The notes under the pieces were generated by a model. The model saw only the letters and a program-made list of their open reading frames with translations, was not told the DNA's origin and made no database searches. A stretch of 64,000 nt of DNA from Antedon mediterranea (lineage: Eukaryota > Animalia > Echinodermata): positions 2,222,201 to 2,286,200 of the forward strand of contig NC_092670.1 in NCBI RefSeq assembly GCF_964355755.1. Direction: 5' to 3'. Shown here piece after piece: positions 52,101 through 61,100 of the stretch. A program made the position numbers and the translations under genes. Numbering within the stretch: the stretch's first letter is position 1; each line of letters begins with the position of its first letter.

Positions 52101-55100
52101 CTTCCATTTGATTGCTTCCACAAGGTAAAACATCTTTGTCAAACTTGCTAATAACATGCATATGAGCATTTTGAATGTTTGTACCAGATGCACAAGGGAT
52201 GTACATCCTTACTTCAAGACCTCTGGCATCCTTCTGACTAAATACTTTCAACTCTTTTTGAAGGAAATGAAAAACCTAAAAAAGTCATGAATATATTACT
52301 ACAGTATATAGAACAAACACATATTTGGTCAAAATGCAATTTTTCATGATAATTAATTTGGCAATGATGACCTATAAACGTATTTATGATATTTTCTTAA
52401 TTTATTTTTATTGAACAGGTTTTTTTTATTCTAAACAGAAATACCTATCACTGTCATAGATTTATTTAGAAGAACTTAATTATAACAATCCTAATCATAT
52501 TTTTCCTTTACTGTGAGTATGTACCCTAAGTTTCCCTTTGTGTCGTGCCAAACGGCACTCATTTGTCTGTCCACAATGACAGTGTCCGAGATGGACTTAT
52601 ACAAGGGTGGGGTAACTGACTCTCCCAAAAGATGAACATGGTTCTTTAAAGTACACTGGATCTCCAGTTTTAAGTTCTTATCCAAGAAGACTTGTTCTCC
52701 CACCAGGACTATAGTTGAGGAGTGCCTTGAATTTGTTGATTTTATGGCTGTGGTTTATGGCTCCCTTGCCAATCAACAATTGAATTTGTTCCTGTATTAT
52801 CACTTTCATATCTACTAGCCTACCTTCTTACATACTTCAGGTAGTGGCTTAATGTCATCTTCTAGAGAACTATCGGCCTTGATGCTCTTTCTTCTGACTA
52901 TTGTTGTCTGAAATATAAAAAATGAACCTTGTAAATGGTAGTTTGACACACACTCTTTAATTCTTTATAATGGATTGATGCTTGTTATTTAACAGATTAT
53001 AGCAATCCATACAACAGACATGATCTTGATATATTATATTGTACAGATATATTTTAAATGTTTATGGGGTGAACATAGCCAAGGCAAACCTTTCATTTGT
53101 GTTTTTAATGTAGAAAATATGTGATTAAAATTGTTTTAATGAATGTTTTTGGTTATTTTTGCTGTAGAATACTAAATTATAAGGATTAAAATTTAAAAAT
53201 GTATGACATAGCACTGGGTCTTTTATTTCTAGCTTTTGCTACTATATATCAAGTATGCATTTCAAAAATTTACCTGTAACATACGGCAATGTTTGATGGT
53301 AGCGACATATAGAATGACTAGATGTTCAGCATCAATATTCAATTCTACATGCTCATACGATACAAGAGGTTCAACATCTTCCATTTGGAATTTCTCAATG
53401 AATTTGGTTGCAGTACGTTGAAAGAGATCATCTGGAAGATAGCTACCAACATCATGAAAGAGTGAAATTGCACGCTTGTCTTCAAATTGAGGCGGTGGTG
53501 AGGCTTCTGGTTTAAGACGTGAGAGAACGTAGAAAATGTTTTCGTCATTCTATAAAATGAAAAAAAATATATCTAGTAGATGGATATTTTTGTAAAGAAG
53601 ATGAATTTAATACTTGAATGCATTCCTGGTTTCAATATCAATACCTTTTTACTAGCACACATTAAACCAAACTTTTCCATGAGAGACACAAAGAAGTTAA
53701 AAGTCTCATTAGAATCACAAAACTCTTTCCACAGATATTTTAACAAATCAACTTCTAAAATGCCAGTGTCCAGTCTTTGCCAAGCTTTCCACATTACTGG
53801 CTCCTATTAAAAAATAAATAAAATTAGTGTAGTTTTCAATTAGTCAAATTATTTGGGAATATTTTAATAAGAACATTAGTAAGAAGATGTTTTAATAACT
53901 CTGAATAAAATTAGGATATTGAGAATATTGATTCTTGTATTACTGTATACCTGTATATTTATTTGTACAGTTAAATAACAAATTTCATAAAATTGTTATT
54001 GTAATGATTGTACACTGTACCTGTTGATACTGAATTAAATTTATTTCCTAATAAAATTAAGTATATTTTATTTTATATTTTGATAGCAAAATTTGTTTAC
54101 AAATAAAAATCTTACTTTTCACTTTTTAGCATGATGCATACTGAATTTATATATATAGATACTAGAATTTTTTTATATTTATTTTATTCATTTCAACAAT
54201 ATTTTATGAGGGTGGTCCATCCAGCATCAGCTGATCATTAGGGACCCTCAAACAAACAGAAAATACAAAATAAACAATAAAAACACAAAATTAACAAAGA
54301 TATAAAAAATAAAAATATATATATATAAAATATACAGAATGCCAACAATGAAAGTAGGAAAAAAAGAAAAAAAATCAGAGAGAGAGAAACAGATGTTTCG
54401 AATTACGAATGCTTAAAGGTAGAGAATTAAAGAAAGAAGGAGCATTGAAACTAAAAGAAAGTTTAAAGATTTCAAGGTAAGGATGAGGGATAAGAAGATC
54501 TCCTTTAGTAATTTGCCTAGTGTTCATACGGCCGTTGGAAGTTACTTTAGTTAAAAGCTGACAGATAGTAAGAGGAGCAGTGTGATGTAGAGCTTTGAAA
54601 GATAGACATGCAAGCTGAAAGAGGTATCGTTCATGGAAGGGGAGAGTCTTAGCACTGGAAAAGTGATGAGGAGAGAGATGTGTAATGGGAGATAGATCGA
54701 GTAGTAGACGGATAGCTTTATTCTGGATTTTTTGAAGTTTAGTGGTAGAAGAAGGTTTAGAACCCCAGACAGAGCAGCAGTAGTCAAGTCTAGAAAGGAA
54801 AAGTGAATTGTACAGAAGATGAAGAGAAGATTTGTTTGTAAATTTAGAGGTACGTTTGAGTAAGTAGATAATAGAATTGAGTTTTTTACAGAGGGAAGAT
54901 ATGTGTGATTTCCAGGTTAGAGTATTGTCAATTATGATTCCAAGGTGTTTATGAGAAGTAACAGATTGAATTGGAGAATCATTAAGAGTAAGGGTGATAG
55001 AGTTAGATTTAAGTTTTTGAGAAGAGCCAATGAGTATAGATTTAGTTTTTGAGATATTGAGTGTTAGTCTGTTAGATTTTAGCCAGGTAGAGAGATGAAT

Positions 55101-58100
55101 TAGAGCATTATTAAGATTCAGTTCAATAAGTTTAGAAGAGGAGTTAGAATAGTAGATGACGGTATCGTCAGCATACATGTCAACATGTAGATTAGAGTTA
55201 TGAGAGATTAGAGAAGATGAGAGGTCGTTAATGTAGATGGAAAAGAGAAGAGGACCAAGAGTGGAGCCTTGAGGAACTCCAGTAGAAAGAAAACCAGAGG
55301 AAGAAAGAGTTTTTTCAAAAAGAACTTGTTGAGAATGAGAGCGATTAGAAAGATAAGATCGGAGCCAAGAGATAGCTGAAGGAGAAAATCCATAGTAGGG
55401 TAATTTAGCTAGAAGAATATTATGTCAATAGTGTCGAAAGCTTTTTTGAGATCGATAAAGATAGTGCCAGTAAGTTTCTTATTATTGATATTATGAAGCC
55501 AGTTATCATATGTGTTGGTAAGAGCAGTAAGGGTAGAATGTTGGGGACGAAATCCAGATTGAGAAGTACAGTAGATATTAAGTTATTAGAGTCAAGGTAA
55601 GAATAGATTTGTTGGGAAATAGATTTTTCAATAATTTTGGAGCAAAGGGGAAGGATAGAGATAGGCCGGAATAGGAATACAGATGGAGAGAGCAGTGTCA
55701 AAATACTTATTTTCTAACCATATTTTCAGGCTCTTTAACAGTGATGAATGTTTTTGACATGTCAACTAGTTTCATTAAATTTATAACTATTATATCTCTT
55801 AGTGCCTCATCATCTGGGTAGTAGAGAATCACGCCAATGTCATGTAAATACTCGAGCAGGAATCGCTGATTTTCTGTAACTTCACAGTCTTTTAGTAAAA
55901 TGTGTACCTGTAAGAAAATAGGTTCATAATAAACATTTACAATCTGAAATAACTGTAATGATTTTAATACTTTATTTTCATCATTTTTGTCATTAATTTC
56001 TGAATTGCATTTCACTAAATGTTCATGAAATTTAGATGCAAGTGTCATGATTTATCTATTATATATATATTATTTATAAATGTATAACATCATCAGTATA
56101 ATGAAGATGCAACATTACAGTCAATTCTATCCAAATACAGATCAAAATGGTATTTATTTTTTAAAAAAGCAAGTAATATGAATTGTTTATAAAATACTTT
56201 GTTTTCCATATGGCAGTGATATAATAATAATATTTGAATTTACAGAAGCGTTTATTGCTTTTCAGTGTGTACCAATTTCTTAATAATCAATAAAACATCA
56301 GCATATTTTTAAAACGATTATTTTCATGCTTGTATTTTACCTTAGAAGCTTGTAAATAGATGTGCTCTTTTTTTAAGCTTTGGATTTCCTGCTGTCCTCG
56401 CAGCCATTTTATTGGCAATGTACGGATCATTTTCTTGGAAAAGTCCAGTATATGTTTCATGATGACAGAAGCATTGCTCTGTGCAAATGGTACACTGTTT
56501 TCAATTGTAAAGATAGTTGAAAACACCATAGCCGCATATGGTTTGTCTTTTAGGGCTTGCCATATTCTTTCCTTTATCTCTGCAAGCTGTCAACAGATTG
56601 ATTATCTAACATTTATTAATTTGAAAAGTAAAAAGTTTAGTTAACATTTACAGTGAACATTCTTTATGTTGTTTTTGAAAAATATTAATATCAAATGATT
56701 TCCCCAGTTTACAATTATCAACAACAGAACAAATTCTTTAGGACTTTGTAAAATAGAGTCTATAATGTTAAACATTCATTATACCTTACGCTTCCTTTCT
56801 GCTTCATTTCCTTGAAGGCCATTTAAATGTGTACCTATCAGTAATACAGGAGGACAAGGCTGACCATTTATCTTTGCGTCAGGTCTGCTGTTTGTGTATA
56901 TGGAACGAATCCAAGAAAGAATAAACTCCAGATTTGTCATTCGATGTAGATATGTTTGACCCTAAATTTAAAAATACAATAGTAACATCTCAATCTTTTG
57001 CCTTATTCTAATGTAGTAATACAGTGTTTTAGTTTAATCTGCATATAAACTTTTACCACATCTTTGTGGTAGTAGACAATCACACATTTGAAGCTTAGAA
57101 GCAAGTTCACCAGACGTGTCCAAAAGACGTATTCAAACATTTTTCAAGAAATGAAATTAATAAAATAGTTTGTTTTATGAATTATATCATTGAGAATTCT
57201 TCTTAAAAGCCAATAGTATAAATACAGTATTGTGACCAAATTATAATTTTAAAAAAACTTATTATGATGCTGCTTACAGTTGTTGGATTCAAAACCTTAG
57301 CTGGGGCATCAAGATCATCACAAAGGTTGAATACTACACAAATAACCGCAAAAGATACCATGAAGATCTATGAGATTAATAAAACAGTGATATTAAATGA
57401 ATAGTGAATATAAACAAATTCTTTAATACCATGACATTTAAATTTGGAATTGTTAGTGTAGTGTTTTAATTTTTGGATAGAAGAATGTTGTCTATACTGC
57501 TACTAAATTTATTACAGATTTGTGATAGAGATATTTGACCATAGTGCTAAAATTCGTAAGGATAACATGTTACTTGTTGATTTTTTTACTATATTAGTGT
57601 TGGCTTTTCCTAACTTTTGATTGTCTTATTAGAGAAAGACCTGTACAGGTAGAACTAACACGTTGACCCTTTTCTCACAGAACTGTGTGTTGGGAATATA
57701 TGTGGAATATACTATACATGATTTTCTGTCAGAATGGGTTATGCAGGCACCATGAAGAATAATCTATATCGAACTTAAATTTGGTTTTTACTGTATATTC
57801 TCAGCACAATAGATAGTTATATATTTATATTATGCTAGTAACCATGCAGGCATCAATTCCAGCATTTATCTTCCACGGCTGTGAGAAAAGGACTTCATTG
57901 AATAAAATTTAACCATTTTACCCGCTGCATCACGTGATAAATTGGTTGTCCTCCGAAATCCCAGATTTTCATCACAAATTTGTCGCTAGTCGTCTTGTCG
58001 TCGCTTTTCTGCAACTCAAACTCTATGAAATCTTTAATGTTTGAAGGAATCTTTGTCTGGTCATCACTTTCTTCTTTCTCAATCTCTATCTTTGAAGGAA

Positions 58101-61100
58101 TCTTTGTCTGGTCACCACTTACTTCTTTTTGAAACTCAATCTCTATCTTTGAAGGATTCTTTGCCTGATGTTTTTCTTGCTCTATATTTAAAAATGTTAA
58201 AATATTGTACTAAATTCATTAAAATAAATTCATTAGTTAACAAGTAATGACTTCAACAGAGACATTGGGTGAGTGAGCACGTACAACTTTTTTGCTCTCG
58301 ATTTTCACCTTTCAAAGAGACATTTATCTTTGTTTTTTCCCGATTGTATCATTATCATCGTAAATAGCATCTAGGACTTATCATGTAAACTTTTAAAGAT
58401 GATGGTCAATGCTCTGTCGGTGTAAATAAGCAGTGAGTATTTTACCCCCATGATACCGCATCTATTGCCATTGGCTTGCCGTTGAAAGCACTGCAAGGTT
58501 AACTATTACTGTGCTAGCCATATGCAAATCAAAATCCTTCAATAAGGTTTCCAAACATCTGCGTCACTTATGCAAATTAGTAAATTTGGCCGAAATTACC
58601 AGCTGTGATTGTGACCTGATATGTAAAATCATATGTAATCATGGCCCCGAAGTTAGATGTTGATAAGCTGAAGAAAGACTTGCTTCAGGAGCTGACTACT
58701 TCTATTAACTGAGACATTAAACAAAGCATTTGATAAGCTGCAGGAGCAAATCAGTAATATTGAAACCAGATTGGACTATTTAGAACAATATTCACGTCGC
58801 AATAACCTTAGATTCTACGGTTTACAGGACTCGACAAAGTCAACTGATGATTTGGTGGCGGAGGTTATTCGCGACAAAATGGGTATCACTTTCAAGTCCG
58901 ACGATATTGAAGTATCTCATCGAATCGGTCCTATTACTGACAAGCCTAGGCCAATAATTGTTCGGTTCAATTCAATCAGGACCCGTAACAATGTGTTTGC
59001 AGCCAAATCCAAACTGAAGGGTATGCCGGTTTATATCTCGGAAGACTTAACAAAAGCAAATTTCAATCTCTTTTGGAAGGTAAGACACCATGATGGAGTT
59101 CAACGTGCCTGGACTAACAGATGCAAGATATGGGCCCTGTGTAAAGGTGAAGAAAAACCCAAGCATATCAAGAATGAAAATGATTTTGAACGACTGATTG
59201 CTGAACATTAAGAACGTTTAGACTGTGCGGTGTCATTAACAGTTCGTTTCTTACCGACGGAATATGACCATTATTTGTTGATTTTAGATAGCAAAAACGT
59301 GTTCTCTTGTTTTTATTTCAATGTTTACTATGTTCGTTTGGCTAAGTGTTCTCATATGTGCTAGCGTTTTTAAAGTGAGTACTTTACTTATTTTTTTTAC
59401 TGATAATGGATAATTTATTTATCATAAATTTGGGGCGTAATAATGTTGCTATCAAATTAAGTATTCTAATGTGCATGCTTTTAATGTGCGGCGATATACA
59501 TCCAAATCCTGGTCCGGAACAGTTTACAGTTTGCCATATTAACATACGTAGTCTAATCGTTCCAGGTAAACTAGCTGAAATTCAACACCTAGCAAATTTA
59601 AATAACTATGATATTATTGCTTTAACAGAAACATGGCTAGATCAAACTATCTTGAACCATGACATTTTACTAGACGGTTATCAAGAACCTATTAGAAATG
59701 ATAGAAACCGCCATGGCGGCGGATGTGCTCTTTACATATCTAATTCTATACACTTAGTTGATTCCCATATTTGTAATGATCTCTTGTCAGATGTGATAAG
59801 GTGTGAAATACAAGTTTCAAACTGGACGATTTTGACTTATGTATGTTATAGGCCACCACAAAGTGATGTTCAATCTGATCAGGATCTACTTGACTATTTT
59901 CAAAACAGTACTAATAACTTTGTTTTGTCTCGACACAGCTTAACTTCAATGATGGGCGATATGAATGCTCAAAATAACAACTGGTACAATGATGGAAACA
60001 CAAATAGATTTGGAAAATCATTTTACGAATTTTTACAACAAAACGGTTTAACTCAACACATCAATATGCCAACACGTTGTATAAAAGACCAACGGTCTTG
60101 TATTGACCATATAGTTACTAGTCAAAATGTATATATTAATGATTTTGGTGCATTGTGCCCACTTTTAAATTGTGATCACAGTCCAGTATATGCAAATATT
60201 GATATTCGTATCACACGGGACAAGCCATACAATCGTAAAATATATCTTTTTGAAAAAACTGATTTTAATTTATATCGTAATGCTCTTAATTCTGTAAATT
60301 GGGAAGAAGTTTATTCATCTTCAAAGGTTGAAGATGTTTGTCATAATTGGATTGACTTATTTAATAATTGTGTTGATAACTATATTATATCTAAAATTAT
60401 AACTGTGCGTCCTAATGACAAGCCTTGGATTAATGCTCATATTAGAACTCTTATTCGCAAAAGAAATCGCGCCCATTCCACTCGAAATAACCCAAATTCG
60501 CATATGCAACGTTTTAAGAAAATTCGCGCAAAAGTTGTTAAAGCAATAAGAAAAGCTAAACAAACTTTTTTGGATAAACAATTTGATTTATTAATGAATA
60601 AAAACTGTGATTCAAAAACTTGGTGGTCTACCATAAATTCAGTTTGTAATTCCAAACAATATTATAAGATTCCTCCAATCAAATTAAACGATGATGTCCT
60701 AACTTTAAATAGTGAGAAAGTTAAAGCGTTTAACAATTATTTTAAATCTCAATCGTTTATTCCTAATCATGATGATTTTCCTTTGGACTTCACATATAGA
60801 ACTGCATCGAGACTCTCAACTCTCAAATTATCTGTTGATGAGATCATGAAATTATTAACTATGCTGGATAAAAACAAGGCGATGGGACCTGATGAAATTC
60901 ACAGTATCATACTAAAAGAATCTGCTGAAATTATTGCACCCCATTTGACAAAGCTTTATAACTTCTGCATAAGGATATTTTCCTGTAGAATGGAAAAAAT
61001 CAAATGTCATTCCTCTGCATAAAAAAGGCAATAAATCCCTTATTGAGAACTATCGCCCTATATCCATACTTTCCAACTTTGCAAAAATTTTTGAGCGTGC

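Noticed and set aside
52491-52800. 70-aa intronic ORF with an upstream LLIGKGAI-like stretch, possibly a retroelement relic or extra exon
   Set aside because: Neighbouring COR exons join in frame without it and I cannot see diagnostic RT motifs; unsupported without a search.
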